This document shows, piece after piece, positions 37,957 to 53,346 of a DNA stretch of 64,000 nucleotides. Position 1 is the first letter of the stretch, and each line of letters opens with the position of its first letter. Under the pieces are notes generated by a model. It saw only the letters and a list, made by a program, of their open reading frames with translations. It was not told the origin of the DNA and ran no database searches. The DNA comes from Octopus sinensis (taxonomy: Eukaryota): the NCBI RefSeq assembly GCF_006345805.1, contig NC_043000.1, positions 55,118,001 through 55,182,000 on the forward strand. Direction: 5' to 3'. Position numbers and translations under genes: made by a program.

Positions 37957-39899
37957 TACTTTCATTTAATTGTTTCATCTTAGTCCATTTTCCCATTATT
38001 GCTCATTCTCATACCAGCTCCGATTTTCTGTTCGAAGTAAAGGATAACATAAATTACTGATTTCATCGATCTAAAACATGTAAGCATATGTGCTCGCGCG
38101 CACATTCACACATACATACATATACACATATGCATGTGTATGCGCATCCATAGTTATATATAAGTATGCAACGTTAATGTATGAATGCATGTATATATAC
38201 ACACACACATGCACACATACATTATGTGGACGAAACTTTCAATCAAGACAGTACAACCGTATCTGATTCTTCAAATGTTTCAATCCTGGGTATCTACATT
38301 TATTTACAAGATTGCTGACATTTAGCAATGGTTTCTCCCATAATGTTGATGCGCCAACCTCTATCATTAATAAAAATGTCGGTATTTTTGGCGACACGAA
38401 TATACTAGGTCTGACTACCATATCCATGGGAAAATATGACAGCTGAGCGAATGAATACAAGGTTTTCTTTCCTTTTCGCTGAAGCTTACTCTTTGCTCTT
38501 CTGCAATAGTTATATCGGGTGTATTCAGCTCAATTATGCATAGCTCTCAACAATGCCAATTCGTATAACTGCAAATTCTTACATAGATTAGTATTAATCT
38601 AAATGTGAAATATCATTGCCAATACATAACTGAGTAACGTTACATACCCTTATAGAGTTATGCAGAAAATAGTATAGATGGATGTGCATATTCCCCCTTT
38701 GCGTTGTTCTGTGGACCATACACTAGCGTAGCTGCAGTGAGTACCACCTGAATCGTTTGACGATCCCGGGCCCCACAAAAAACACATATTGCTTATAACA
38801 GCAGTGGTGCCCTATTAAAAGTGCCGCCCGTGAATACATAATAGCAAGTTTAGTTGTAGTGTTCAAAAACTCGAGTTTATATAAATTCAGCTTCAATTCA
38901 TTGAAGCAATAATATTGTATTCTAAATTTCAGGTCTGCCTTTTTGTTGCAGTACTAAAATTAATTTCACTCACCTAACTACATTTGCAACATTTATTTTG
39001 AAGTAATTTTCCGAATAATTTTCCTTCTTTCATCATTGGAATTGATCATTACGCTAATAACTATTTCTTTTCTCCTCACAAGCAATGTTAGTTAATATTT
39101 CTTGACTCAGTTGACTCTGTATCATAGTATCGACCTTAAAATTTAGTTTAGCTGTAGAGCATGTCCGGGCTTATAATTTCCTAATGCCAATAACAATATC
39201 ATACAGTTCGGCAGACCTCTAACTACCCATACAGTTACCTATAAATATATATATATATTATATATATATATATACGTGTGCAATTTTCTGTATCTGATAA
39301 TCTAAAATATATTGTAATATAGTCTGATATCCAAACACTTTGCTTTATTGCATTACTATATCACACCTTTTTATCTTGCATTTAAACAGAATTACACCCA
39401 GTATGTATGTAACACTATATCTGAATTTAAATCATTCATAAAGATAACGCATTTACGCCGAGGTGGAGATCGTTCAACGAAAGCTGTGAGTTTTGTAATG
39501 AAATTCTCTCGAAGTGTTAGGCAAGGCTGATATCATTTAAGATCTTAGTATCGATTTTCCACAATGTCGATGACTGATATAATATAATCACACTCATAAA
39601 AGAGAATATACTCTTTTACAAATTTCTTCTCATTTGGGATAAATATTTCAGTTCATTCTATTGTATGATAGAAGAGCTGTTATAACTCCCTTGTGGTGAC
39701 CATTTTATGAAAAAGGATCTTAATATATTGTTTAGTATACTTTCTTCAATACATATTTTGATTATCTAGTTTCAACTTCAGTTGCTACTAATCTGGTTCA
39801 ATTGGAAGCAAAAATTAAATATTAATATAGATTTTCAATTAAATTGTATGATTTAAAACGAGAAAACTAAGTCGTCGAAGCCAGTAAGATATAAAACAG

Positions 39900-40378
39900 A
39901 TTTTTAGCCCAAAATCAAAATTGCTGAGCACAAACGTACAAGCAGCTAGACGGACGGTGGTTTCACTGGTTGATGTTAGCCCGAGAGACTGTTCTAGCAT
40001 GACACAACTTTGTTAATGTAAATATTTTTCCTTATATTCTATGGTATCCGTTCTTTGCAAATAGGAGTTTTGGCGCTACTTCAACTTTCATCGGAATCAG
40101 GCTGTTCCCACCCTAACACAATCTTACGTTGGGTGAATGCACTTCACTTCGTAAACGAGGTACACCAATGAATAGGAAACCGACGGGGTAACCACGGATG
40201 GTATGGTCTCTAGGGAATGTGGAACGCGTAAAAGAAGCTTTGAAACGGAGTCCGCATCGTTCTGCTCAAAGACATTCCACTAAAATTGGCATCGGTAATC
40301 GATCGGTAAGGCGTACTTTCCATGAACGTCTGCATTTCCACCTGTACAAATCGGTCATTGGGCAACAATTGAAACCAT

Positions 40379-40419
<41 letters not shown>

Positions 40420-41216
40420 GCAGCTTAACTTCACACGTCAGATGGAAACAATTTTTGAAGCAACTGACAGACTCATTCTGTTAATGAGTGATGAAGCTTA
40501 TTTTCATCTCAGGGGCATGGTGAATCAACAGATCTGTCGTTATTTTGCTCTTGAAAATCTGAGAGAACTGCATGAAAGACTACTGCACAGTCCAAAAGTA
40601 ACGGTCTGGTGTGCTGTTGGAAAAGCTGCCTACATTGGTATTTACGTTTTTGAATACAATTATGGAAATGCTGTTACTGTGAACTCCGAGCATTACATCG
40701 AGATGATAAACAACTTTGTACCTGAAATACAACGAAGGCGTATTTCTCTCGGTGTGTGCAGGTTCAGTAGGATGGGGCGATGGTCCACACAATCAGAACA
40801 TCAGTAGACGTTCTTCGCCCTCTCTTCTGACTGCCTCATTTACAGGCTGGCTGACATTCCTTGGCACTTTTGGTCCCCTCATTTGTCCATGGGGGATTAT
40901 TTCTTATGGGAAAACCTAAAGGCACGTGTGTGTGCGCACGAACCTCGTACATTGGACGATTTGAAGGAAACTATTACCGTGGAAGCCACCCAAATGGACA
41001 GAGAAGTGCTGGAGAGAGTGGAGGCAAACTTTCAAGAACGTCTTCAGAAATGCGTCAATGAGAACGTGCAGCACATAATGGATGTTGTTTTCCACACTTG
41101 ATTTGGACAAATGGTAATTCAATACGAACACATTGATGTCAATAAAATTTGCTTACATCAAAGATTAATGATCCTGTAAAGTTTTGAAAAACCTCCATTC
41201 TCACTGTCCTGCCCTG
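39900..41216 (+). mobile_element. DD41D (rosa-like) Tc1/mariner transposon, decayed, with a right TIR
   Basis: MSDEAYFHL.G.VN.Q..PKVTVWC..Q*DGA..SPHLSMGDYFLW; 41 residues between the second and third catalytic D after correcting a 1-nt deletion; ends ..ctccattctcactgtcctgccctg|TA. Left TIR not found. Confidence 0.8.
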
Positions 41217-41267
41217 TACATACACACACATATATATATATACATATATATTATTTGTTTTTCGGGG

Positions 41268-41360
<93 letters not shown>

Positions 41361-41411
41361 ATGTGTGTGTGTGTGTGTGTTTGTGTGTATACACATGTAT
41401 ATGTATATATG

Positions 41412-42651
41412 CATGCATCTAAATTTAAATTCTAAATACTTTCAAAGCAGAAAAACATCAAAAGGAAAAGCCTGTTCTAATAATTTTGCTACTTGTCAGC
41501 AGTTGTTCCAGTATTCTTCAAGCAATTTAACTGTTGCTCTGATTAGGGTGAGATTTTAAAATTCTCTGAGACTTAAAATATTGTCTAGTTGTCCTTCCAA
41601 AATATTCTCTTCGAAATTATAAGAAACAGTCTGTGTTACTTTACGGAGTCTAAAAACAGTCGTTATATTGTTTCATCATTCTGGAGACATAAATTTATAC
41701 ATTGTATGGAGGGCATGATTTTAGTATTATCTAACTGACCCCACAGATAAATATAGCAAAATATGTGTAATAAAAATTAATTTTCTGAATATTCTGTTGT
41801 GCCTGGGGAGAGTCATTCTCTTTTAGTGCTTTATTATTTAACACACTCACCGGTAAAATCTCCACTTCTTTCTTTTTTTATTCTAAAATTTTCGTTGCGT
41901 CTTGCAACCTTTTCAATAGTCTTGATTCTGTCCATTATTTACGCTGCGTTCCCTTTTGTTGGTTTGTGCGCATGTGTGTGGGTCAGTGTGTGCCTATACA
42001 TCATACATATACGTATGTATGTGTGTGTGTGTTTGCATGTGTATGTATATATGTGCGTGTGTATGCATATGTATGCATGTATGCGCGTGCATCTCTATGT
42101 ACGTATCCTGCATATTTATGTGCTTGCCTGTCCGTGTTTGTGTATTTTCTATGTATGTGTGCGTGAGCATGTGCTTGTATATGTATGCACCTCTGTCTCC
42201 TTATGTGTGTATATCTGTGTTTGTGTGTGTTTTGTAACTATGTACCATGTTTGTATGTATGGATGTGCATCTTTATATGTGCGGATCCGTGTCTCCATAT
42301 GTGTCTGTTGTTGTAACCTATGTACCTAGATTCTGAATATGTTATGCAATAAAGAATGTAATCGGAGAGTGTGTTAGCTTTTTTGCTTCTTGAAATGGAA
42401 CGTCGGGTAGAACCCATAAAATAGTCTCCGATTTTACCTGCAGAAACCAAATGGGGGCACACTGATAAAAACATTACTACTAGAACTGGATTTAGTTCTT
42501 ATGGGAGAGAGCGTTTTTAATGCTGTTACATTGTTACTTTCTTGAAAACACCATGCATCTAAAAGTAAAATTTAGATACTTTCAAAGCAGAAAAACATCA
42601 ATATTAAGAGCCTGTTCTAATAATTTTGCTACTTGTCAGCAGTCGTTCTAG
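41412..42651 (+). repeat. Pair of 100-bp direct repeats (41412-41511 and 42552-42651)
   Basis: Ungapped, 11 mismatches in 100, offset 1140 bp. Confidence 0.9.
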
Positions 42652-45600
42652 CTATAATATTTAGGCATTAAATAATACACTGTTTTAATACCGACAGTCA
42701 TCAAAATATCTTAATGCCAAAATATTCTTATCAATTGATTGGTTCTTATTTAGTAGTTGGCAAAAATATATATTTTTTGTACAGCGCTATTTTCAGCTGC
42801 AAAAAACAAAAACGGGAAAATATTAGAACAAATTAAACTTTTTCAGTAAATACTTGGAAATATCATTTTTTCGCATGATTAATTGATTTTCTCTTGAGAA
42901 TGCCATTAATCTCTGACGAAAGTCAAACTTCAGAGAAAGAAATAGAAAATATGTTTAAAAGATTCTGTGAACAATAAAGGTAATAAAACCACATCAACGT
43001 ATGTTTTTTCTGGCACATAAATTCGTGTATTTTGATACCGAAATGTCTGTATTTGTGACTTGATGGCAAATCTGTCCAAACGTTTCTGTTAATATGTTAA
43101 TATTCTTATATTTGAATCTGTTTATAAACAAGAAGTGTTCGATGGTATGTGTATGTGCGTGTGCGTATATATATTTATTTTTATATATATATATATAGAT
43201 ATATATATGTATGCATATATATACAGGTATATATATATATACATACATATACATGTATATATACTTATATATATATATATATATACATACACACACACAT
43301 ATATTTCTGCATATATGTACATTCATATATAGAGACATACGTATACGTATACACTCAGACATTTAGATATATGCGTATATATATATGTATAGAGAGTGAA
43401 AGAAAAGAAAGGCAGAAAGTAAAGGAAAGATAGAGAGGATAAGGAAGGAGAGAAGTAGTGTCTTTTCTCGCATATGTAAGAATTCTGTTTATCTTGCACG
43501 CATTAAAATACATATGCAAAAAAATTTTTTCCTGTATAAATACTACTAAAACTATGGATATTTGCTAGCATGTCAATGCATTTTAAAACAAACGTATATA
43601 TGTATGTAGGTGTGTATGCATGCATATGCGTATGTGTGTATGTGTGTATTAGGTGTGTGCGTGTATGTGTGTGTGTATTTCGATTCTGAATAATTGTAAA
43701 TTGTTTTGTTGGCGTCGTTCTATATCAGATTAAAATAAAATCCCATATATCTTGATTGTCTGCATCAGTAAGAATTCACATCATGACTGTATAGTCCAAG
43801 CGATAAGAGAATTGATTTGCGCGTATAAATAACCGCAAAATACCATATTTATCACACTAAAGTACATGAAGTTACTATATCTACGTAGTTGTTACTTCCG
43901 ACATTTTCCTCAGAATTTCTTTGAAGCCCGGTTATTAAAGAAACAATTGAATGTATGATTTGATCCAATAATGTAAGATATTAGATATTTTGATTATTTG
44001 GCGTCTGATCTCAGTCGATTGTTGGTAGCTGAAGAATAATCGAGCGCAATGGCAGAATCGAACTTGTCAATTAGGAATAAAATCAAGAACTGTAACTTAT
44101 TTCATCTTTGTACGACCTCAAAAATGTCCATCTTCCTGTAGTCTATGTAAAATGAGTAACACCATTGTAAATGTCACCTCCCCCGACAAACTTTGTAAAT
44201 GGTCTGATACTAAAAGGCGCTAAACTTTAATGAGATACATATGATCTTATGCAAAGCTCCTTCATGTTTCCACCTGTGCTTACGTTAATAGGCTTAACTG
44301 AAAGTTATGCTATATTTGTAAAAACAAATCAGTAACGGTATAAAAAAAAAGCGACAGTCATGGGATAATAATCTCGTATTTCATCGGACTGCTTTGTGAT
44401 AATTCGCAATGATTCAATAGGATAGATGTAGCTACAACATTTTGCGTCTAAATTTTATAAGGTGGTGTGATAGAGGTAAACAGAAATAAATGCGTGTAAG
44501 TCAAGTTCAATGGAGAATTTATTTATCGTGAAGTTTATCAGCTATGTACCAACAAGTGGTGTTAAAAAGTCTTATTAAATTATAAAGACTAACATAGTTT
44601 TAAATACGTGATTACAGGACTGTCTTCAATACTTATCAATAACGTCACTATTAGTTTTGCATGAACGACTTGTATGTGTGATACGTGACTGAAAAATCAA
44701 TATTCTAAACTGACACCCAATATTAACCACAACTGCTACAGCAAATTTAAATTTAAGTAAAACAGGCAAGCGCTTATTGTACACAAATTTAATTATCAAA
44801 TGTTTTTCAGATGGGAGCCATCAAAAACAACTCAGGGTTAGCAGAAACGTAAACTGTAAGAAGGACGCTTTTAACATTCACTATGGCCTTGGCATATTTA
44901 TTCATCAATTGTGAAGTAAACAATGGAGAAATTCAAATACTCACACACCTCAAAGTTCATTGATTTTACGAACAGTAGTCTAAGGTAGTCCAGTCGGTGC
45001 GGATCTCTTTTACGTATTAATATATTAAACTATTCAGCAGAATCTGGAACTAGGATATGATTATCTCGATTCTACAACCTACACAGAAGATAAGAACGGA
45101 GTACGTTTGCAACAAAAAGAAAAGATTATTACAACAATACCTATTCTCTACAGGAAACGATCGCAACTCTAAATTAAACTAGAAAATATTTTGAATCTTG
45201 TTTCTTCACATGTAAACAAGATTCTTGTCATACCTTTAAAAACTAAAAGATGCACCGTATAAAACACACAAGAATATATAATGTAAATTTGTACAACACA
45301 TTCTGATTTTATAATTTCCCAGAAACTGACACAAACTTTAACTCATAAATCATGGCATGCATATATTTAAATAGTAACTTGCAAAATTGCATTAAAAGTT
45401 ATTGATTTTATAGCGCACCAAATAGAAGGGTGATTTGTCTCAAACACTCAAAATAATGCATATAAAACCCTTCTGTGTCCGTAGCAAAAACAACAAAATA
45501 CATGCATAAAAATCAACTTTGCGAAAAACATTAGTGTTTACATAAATACACCTTCGTTAAACTTCAAGCACCATGATAAAAAAAGCAAACTAATGGGCAA

Positions 45601-47803
45601 CCCAAAAACATTCATAGACATCACTTTTGACGATACAAGGAAAAATAATACTTGTGTACACTCAATGCATATTCCTTTATACGAAATATTTCATTCGTGT
45701 GTTGGATCCCAATATCTTCAACGAGAAGCGAAGTTTCTAGCACAACACCAGTAATTCACGTTACATTGAGACGCCATGCTAGCTCATATATCTCTAATAA
45801 CCAGTGAAAGAGAAAATAACTTTTCCACTCTAACTAATCTACTTTACCTATTTTTGTAATGCCAATAGCGATTTAAAAGATAAGCGGCAGCTTGTCACGT
45901 TACTTACTCTCCCGGATAAAAATTGATGGTCCTGTATCTAAATCAAAATAATTTTTTTTTGTTCTTGTTATTGTTGTCATTGTTACTAGGCACCTGGTCT
46001 ATGGTCAGTCAGCCACTTTCCTCTCTCTCTATCGAGCAGTAAAATCGCTAGAATTTCTACGATAGCTATATATAGAGATGTAACGTCTGGCTGGAAAATT
46101 GACGTTTGTGGAGAAACTATAGGTATCAAACGAGGCGAACTAGCTGAAATTTTCTCGAGAACTGTCTGGCCGGAAATGTTTATGGGTAATTTAACCCCCT
46201 TTTGTCTAGCTGTACTACAGAGAGATGCTACAAGTTCGAAACAAATTCAACAGGCACGAAAGTGCAGCCAAGTAGGAGTGTCTAACATGCGGCAAAACCG
46301 TAGCGATAAAACAGTAGAACTCTAGATCGCAAAGCGACAAAACCGTACAGTTCTGGATCGCGTAATATCCGAGCATTCCTGACTCGTAGGTTTATGACAA
46401 ATAACTGTTGTCATGTGTAGGTTGAGTCTATCGGCCAAGTTCATCGTAATGATTGCCCCACCAATCCCCCAAAACAAGCGGTGCAGGCGACATTCCTTTG
46501 TCTAGTGACTACGGTGAAAGCGGTTATATGTTGGATGTGGGTGAATGGATTGAGGACAGACTCGTTTCACTTCGGTCAAGCTCTCATCGACTTCAGCTAC
46601 AACTTGTAAAAGAAAGTGAAAATGGAGAGGATATTACCCTCCACTAACGATTTAGTGGACAGCAGGTGACTCAAAATTAGTTTGGGTAATAGAACTACTC
46701 TAATCATGTATCTCTATATGGAAAAAACAAACACAGCAGTTAGATGAAAATTTTCTTTGACTCTAATAGGAAACTCCCTGTATCAGGTCTTGTTTAATTA
46801 TTTTCTACGCTATGTATATTTTATCTGATTTCTCCTCCTCAACACTACAAGATAAAGAAAGTAGTGGTGGTGGTGGTGGTGGTATGGGATTTATGATGGT
46901 GGGTTGTGTTGTTGTTGTGGACGGTGGTAGTGATGATGTTGTAGTTGATAGCGGAATCAGAAGCAGTAACTGTTGCATCAAAAATAAAAAAGACGGAGAG
47001 AGATGAGGAATAAAAGAAGACGAATGAAAGTTGTATTTACTCACGAACTAAAAGTCCAGCATGGATGAAAAGAAATGATAACAAAGTGAAATGATGTCAC
47101 AAATGATGTCAGAAAGATAGGTTTATGCATGAAGAGCATTTTCTAATTAAACTTAAGTCCATAATTCAAAGTTGAGACACAATGTTGTTTTGATCACGAT
47201 AACATAAGAAAGCAGAGCATCAATAGTCATTTTGAATATGAGGTGTGTGTGATAAAGCAATAAATCACTCTGTATCGCTTTGCTGAACATCATTTGATAC
47301 ATAATATAAATAGAAATGAGATAGGTTTTGTAGGTGTTACTGGAAAATATGCACCCGTTGAAGGAGGTAGGACGAGTGAACACGACAAAATGTATCAGTG
47401 GATGACAATGACAAATGAACGAAAATGCAAGGGATTCTGTTTTACAAAGTTAAGTAGCTAACACAAAATTCATCTGAGAGAACCTCTAGAAACACGTGTT
47501 AAATAGTAAAGACTACGGAATTCATAAACAGCAACGATAAACTAAGAAGTGATTCTAAACAAGAATTAAGGATATATTTCCTACAAGTCAGATCTCTATA
47601 CATTTGAATGTAAAATAGAGCATATATTAAATACAGTCTTCCAACGAATCTACTAAAGTTTCGAAAACAATAGGTTAAAGCAGAATGATGTTTTCACAGC
47701 GAATATGCAATTGAAAATATCAGTTTGGTTAGTCTAGGGTGGACAAAAGAATGATAATAAGAGCCGGGGTTTCCAAGCCAGGGCAGAAAACTGTAAATCT
47801 ATA

Positions 47804-47858
<55 letters not shown>

Positions 47859-48268
47859 AACATATAAAGAGAGACAGACAGACAGACACAACTATAGACG
47901 TAGTATATACACATTTGAGTACTGAAAAAGAAACCCTAATTACATTTGTAGATATAATTCTGTACGATATAGTATAGTATAATTAAGACATGATAAATTG
48001 TAAGGCATCACCGGTAACGGAGTAATTTAATTTCTGCACATAAGAGTTAAATTTATTGCACTGAAAAGCAAAATCCATGAAAATAATAGAATAACAGAAT
48101 GTTGACTTGTGCTGTCGAGAAAAATGAATTTAGGTCATTTACCTGAAAATGATATTCTCTTCTACGGAAAAGGTCTTACTCATAATGGCTAGCTTTTATA
48201 CTAGCATCTGGAATTGTATTTCATCTAGCTTCCATGCATATACAAACAAAACACACACACACATGTGT

Positions 48269-48341
48269 ATACATACATACATACATACACACATACATAC
48301 ATACATACATACATACATACATACATACATACATACATACA

Positions 48342-48370
<29 letters not shown>
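48269..48370. repeat. (TACA)n tetranucleotide microsatellite
   Basis: Direct reading. Confidence 0.95.
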
Positions 48371-48372
<2 letters not shown>

Positions 48373-48785
48373 TAGTATGGAAAGGAAGTCCTGATGCATT
48401 TCAAGATGGGAAAGAAACAAATACATCTTTAGTCTTAATCAATTTATTTAATAATATTTAATAATATTCAATATTTCCCCTTGTAACGTAATTCCATCCA
48501 CTTACCAAATTTCTGATCTCTCAAGCGCACAACCCTCTTCCGGTTTCGAAACAAAACGGTTCTTAATATTAATTCACTTGCTCCAAAATTGACTGTTTTC
48601 CCTGTTAATTATCTTGCAATCGTCTAAAAAAGTGAGATGAAGAATGGTCACAACAGTAACAAAGATACAACAACACCTCTAAATTTAATGTTATAATCTT
48701 CCCATGGGTGACTAGGGAAATAAGTGTTCTTGCATTATAACGTATTTTTATGGCTGACCAACGTATATGTATATTTTATCGTAAA

Positions 48786-49935
48786 CTAGCAGAAACCCGG
48801 GTTAAAGAATATAATGAAATTTTAAAAAATCCTTTTAGGTCTCTGACATAAAACACAGACTACTGTGGTTTCACCTTTTAGTAGCTGAGATACCATTTTT
48901 ATACGTTAATAACGCGGCGCATTCCCGGTTACTGAAACTAATGAAATTTAATGATGCCTTTTAAATCTCTCAGTAAAATGAAACATAGATAATGCAGTTA
49001 TCAACAATAATTGGCTGAGACACAAACTATTAATGACAATAACATGTTTTATCCGATGTTCTCACTGTTAAAATTGCTTAAAAAAAACAGGTAGTTCTTT
49101 GCCTTTGCAATTACCTTCAATTGTCCGAACATATTTCAAACAAGTTGAACATGAAAATGCATAAATTTGAGAAGAACCGGACTGCGAGCTCTCCCCTCCT
49201 GTTAATTAGTACATTCAACAAAATGTCTGTCAGATGACGTGAGTATAAACAAAAGTATTGAAACAAATCCGGAAATCAATCACAGTTTAATTATCCAGAG
49301 CTTCTAAATATACGATGTTTTGATTGTGCGCTTTAATTGGTAAATAAATGAAGAGATTTTGGGGATTTCCAACTCGCGAACATCCTACATATAATTGCCC
49401 ATGAGAGAAGCAAGGTGAAGTCCAGAAACCTTTCTTTGAAACTTGTTTATTGACATAGTGAAAGTTAGTTTCACTGGGAACTGGAACCGTTGAAATTCAA
49501 AGGGAGAAGTCATATGGTATTAACAGGATCCGTGGAATGAAGACATCCTCACACTTATAATTCCCAGTTATAATTGTTACCTCTAGGACATGAGGTCTCA
49601 TCACTTTCCCTACCAGTCTGGTACCATTTCACAGACGAGGTGGATCCAGATTGCTGAGCCAGATTAGAGCCCGCTTTTTAAGTATTAGGTGGTGAGACAA
49701 CATCCCAGGCAAAACTACAGCCTGGTCCTGATCAATGACAGTATCAAGGGAATTGAAAGACTGTTCTTGTCCAGGCAACAGCTGCAAGAGATCCCAGTTG
49801 GTTTTATTGACAGCATCATTACGTGGCGCTAAGATGGCTCGTTCACAGAGCCATTGACTGTTGCTGAAGGTTTGTGCAATTTTTTGGAGCATATGCATTA
49901 TGAGATCATTGACAGTTGGTATCATCTCATCAGAG
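48786..49935 (-). mobile_element. Helitron 3' end with a PIF1-type helicase C-terminal remnant (49287 to about 49935)
   Basis: QWLCERAILAPRNDAVN..SLDTV..NLDPPRL..GTRL..VFIPRI..QFPVKL.F.MSINK..FSHGQLYVGCSRV; terminus CTAG|T on minus at 48786 with a short aacccgggtt palindrome just inside. Confidence 0.88.
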
Positions 49936-52900
49936 GTGTTTTGCCTCCGCCGATTTTGGATGATAACTTTCGGAAATATGGATATTTTTTTAATGAAACT
50001 TTCTACGAACATATGCTACATCATGCAAACTCGGAATATACAAATTTTGAGGAGAAAAGTGAGGAGGGTTTTCGGAAAATTCACCGGAGTCCACTTCAAT
50101 TCGTCTTAACTTTCAGGGAAATGGATATTTTTCAATGAAATTGTCAACAAATATACCTTGCACTATGTAGATTCCAAACATATAGGATTTGGAGGGAACA
50201 CAAGTGGGGATTATTTTTGCGAGCTGTTCCCCATTGGTGGGGGGGATAGTTCGGAACAAGTCGTCCATATTTGTTTCAGTTTCTCCGTTTTAGGCGTTTG
50301 TGCATCCGTATTTAACCCTTAACCCTAGTCGTAAAATTTCGGCGGAAAAATTGAAAAGTTAAGGAGGGAGTGTATTAAAAAGTCTAAAAGGGGATTTTTG
50401 TTTTGCATATTCAGAATCTCCGTTGGAGACAATGTCGGAAACCGTAGAAAAAAAAGTACAATCGGGTGACTTGATCATTCTCAATGTAAGTAACTTTAGA
50501 AATTTTCCTTAGCTGAAATCGTCACAACTATAATGATGTATACATACGTGTGTGTGTGTGAGTAGCTGGTTACTTAGTTACTATGTTGACATTCACCAAA
50601 CAGTTAAATGAAAGTGTTAAGTCGATTTGCGCCAAGAATAGTCACATGGGATTTATATGTGAAATATCAAGTCTTAATAATGAGACTTGTTCCAAAAATG
50701 TCCGAAATATGTATCAGAAAATCAATGTACAATATACAGTACCTCATTTAATTAAATGAGGAAAATGTGTCTATCTCCATATGAAATTATTTTTCTGACA
50801 TGAAAGTATTTTAGTATTACTTTTGTAGCAGAAATTGTCACAACTGTAATGATTTATTCATACATGTGGGTGTAAATAACTGGTTCGGACGCCAAAGAAA
50901 GAAAGCTCCAGCACAAGAAGTTGAGAAAACGATTTGAAGAAGTGAATCTTTATATAGAGAGCAATATTATTTATTTTTATATACGAAAAAATAAATCAAG
51001 ACCGTATTTTTCTTTCGAAGGTCAAATTATTCATATACCCCAAGTATAGTACTGATTGATCCAGTGGCTTGAGCGTGCATTGAGGACACACACAGAGACA
51101 TGGTATTTTATATATTAAAATAAATGCAGTAGGACTGTCTTTGCCACCTACATGTGTAAATAGATATCAACACACACACATACACGCACACAAACACGCA
51201 CGCACACACACACACACACGCTCACGCACATGCACACACACACACATACATATGTGCGTAGATACATAAACACATATCAGCCTACGAAACACTCATTTTA
51301 GGGCAAACATAATTACAGAAATATATGCATCTAGTGCGATGGATTGCGTTAAGGATTTATAAACGTATTTTTTTAAATATCGATTTAGAGTGTTTCCGAA
51401 AAATTATGTCTTCAAATGCCCACTATACTCCCTCTTTCCTTATTCTACACGTTTATCACATATTTGATAGTCTCTTGTTTAGTCCTGGGGGAGAAACTGA
51501 TTGGCCTTAATGAAAGCGTTTCGATATATTTGTTACGGTAGTAGGACGTCCTAATTAAATAAAACTTTGCAGTAATTATGGAAGAATTTCTTAATTATCG
51601 AAGTTTTAAATAGATAACAGGAAATGCATGCAAGTATATGAACTATATTGAGATTGCTAATAGGATATCCTGATAAGTGGCACACTTCTTTCAACACACA
51701 TTAGGAAATATCAACAGATGATTGTAACAATCTGAAAAATACTACGAGCAATCAACACATTATAGTTGTCCCAGTTTATTAACAAAAAACGCCCATTAAT
51801 AAAGTAATGGCATCAGGCAAAACATAAAAGAAAAACATACCGCTAAACATTGATCAATGTAAGCCCATACCGAAGTTGAATATGAATGATTGGCTACATG
51901 AAAATATGAATATATGTAACAATGTTTTGCAAAACGAAATGTTCATGTGAACAAGCTATTCCAATATGAATAGATTAAATTATCTAATTACTTCAGGTGG
52001 TTGTATCAGAGTGAATCCTAGTAAAAATCAGCCGGACCTAAGAAAGCTTTAAAGAAAATACATACGAAATTTTATCAAAACTTTGTTATGTTTGTTTAAT
52101 GAATACGAAAATGCGTTGACGAACATTAAACAAGGAATAACTGAAACAAAGTATCGTGTCGACAACAAAGAGAATACTCTTGAGAAACACAAAGATTTGT
52201 AAGACATATTTAGTAAATCTATGAATAACTAGACATTTTGCAAAATGCATCCGCTTCATAGAGAAAAATTAAGTTTTTATATTTCATATCAAGTGATTTT
52301 ATAAGAGAATTTTCATAAAAGAAAATCGTAGTGCAGGTTGAAACACCAACATTAACAGGATTTTAGAATTCTCGGACGGAATATGGACAAAAACAGATAA
52401 CACAATAAAGAATAGAAGAGTTAAGGAAACGCTCTAAATCAGAATAAGCTATAAAACTGTCAGCGTGATTTATCTCACCGGCGTTGAAATACCAAATACG
52501 TTAGGAACTGCAAAGTATTAGAGATTTATGAATTCTCGCATTTTGACCGAAATAGCTGACTACTTCTCATGAATTTATCGAAAATTTCACTGAACTGGTA
52601 TCCATACCAGTGGCATTATACGAATGGCTGCTGGCGAAGAAAACCGTGTTAATTCTCCAAAGCAGAATACTGAAGAGCCTCCCCTCAAAAGTACCGGCGT
52701 GTAACTTGCTTACGCGAACCTATAAAGTACTTAGAACTGTATCCTACAAGCTGGTTGCTCACTCAGAAGGCAATAAGATATAACTAGGATAGAAGAAAAG
52801 TGGTGCTGAAGGACTTATGAATGTAAATAGAAAATACATTTGACAGAATACAGCATATCTTAACATTTTATGGATGAAGAAAGGTATTTCGCAATCTTAA

Positions 52901-52954
52901 ACACGAAGGGTCCTCCAGATAAATCAAGTAGCTTGAATGTTATTACAGCATATG

Positions 52955-53346
52955 AAACAAGAGCGCCTTGTTTCCCTGGGCATGGTTTCACTGAAGCTCC
53001 GGCGTCTGGCGACGGACTTGGTAAACACCCACAAGTTTATCAACCACCTCACCAACAACAACACTGAACACCTTTTTGAACTCCATGTGTCTAACACACG
53101 TGGACATGCCTACAAAGTCAGAAAACAACACAGCTCCCATGACTTTCGGAAACATTTTTTCACGCTCAGAGTTGCTGAAGCATGGAATAAACTGCCTGCG
53201 TCAGTTGTTGACTGCCATGACATTGCATCATTTAAGGCCCTCATGCTTTCTGAAATCAGCCGAAATTACACCTGATTATATATACACTTTAGATGAGTTG
53301 TAGTGCACCTGAGCACTGTACACAATTATTATTATTATTATTATTT
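52955..53346 (+). mobile_element. 5'-truncated CR1-clade LINE 3' end with an (ATT)n tail
   Basis: ERLVSLG..SLKLRRLATDL..HK..NTRGH..K..RKHFF.LRV.EAWNKLP..VV..FK, stop at 53275, short UTR, (ATT)n. Confidence 0.85.

Noticed and set aside
38239-38460. Protein-looking frames on both strands (also 46000-46660, 57746-58020, 62480-62880)
   Set aside because: Competing short frames with no recognisable domain and no consistent splice pair.
41889-41922. Hammerhead-like hairpin plus GAAA on minus
   Set aside because: The upstream sequence is CTATTGAAAAG, not CUGANGA, and there is no stem I.
48130-48160. AG|GT recursive-splice-like sites on minus (ttttcag|gtaaat; also ttttag|gtaacc at about 57757)
   Set aside because: Weak pyrimidine tracts; expected by chance in AT-rich DNA, and the transcribed strand is unknown.
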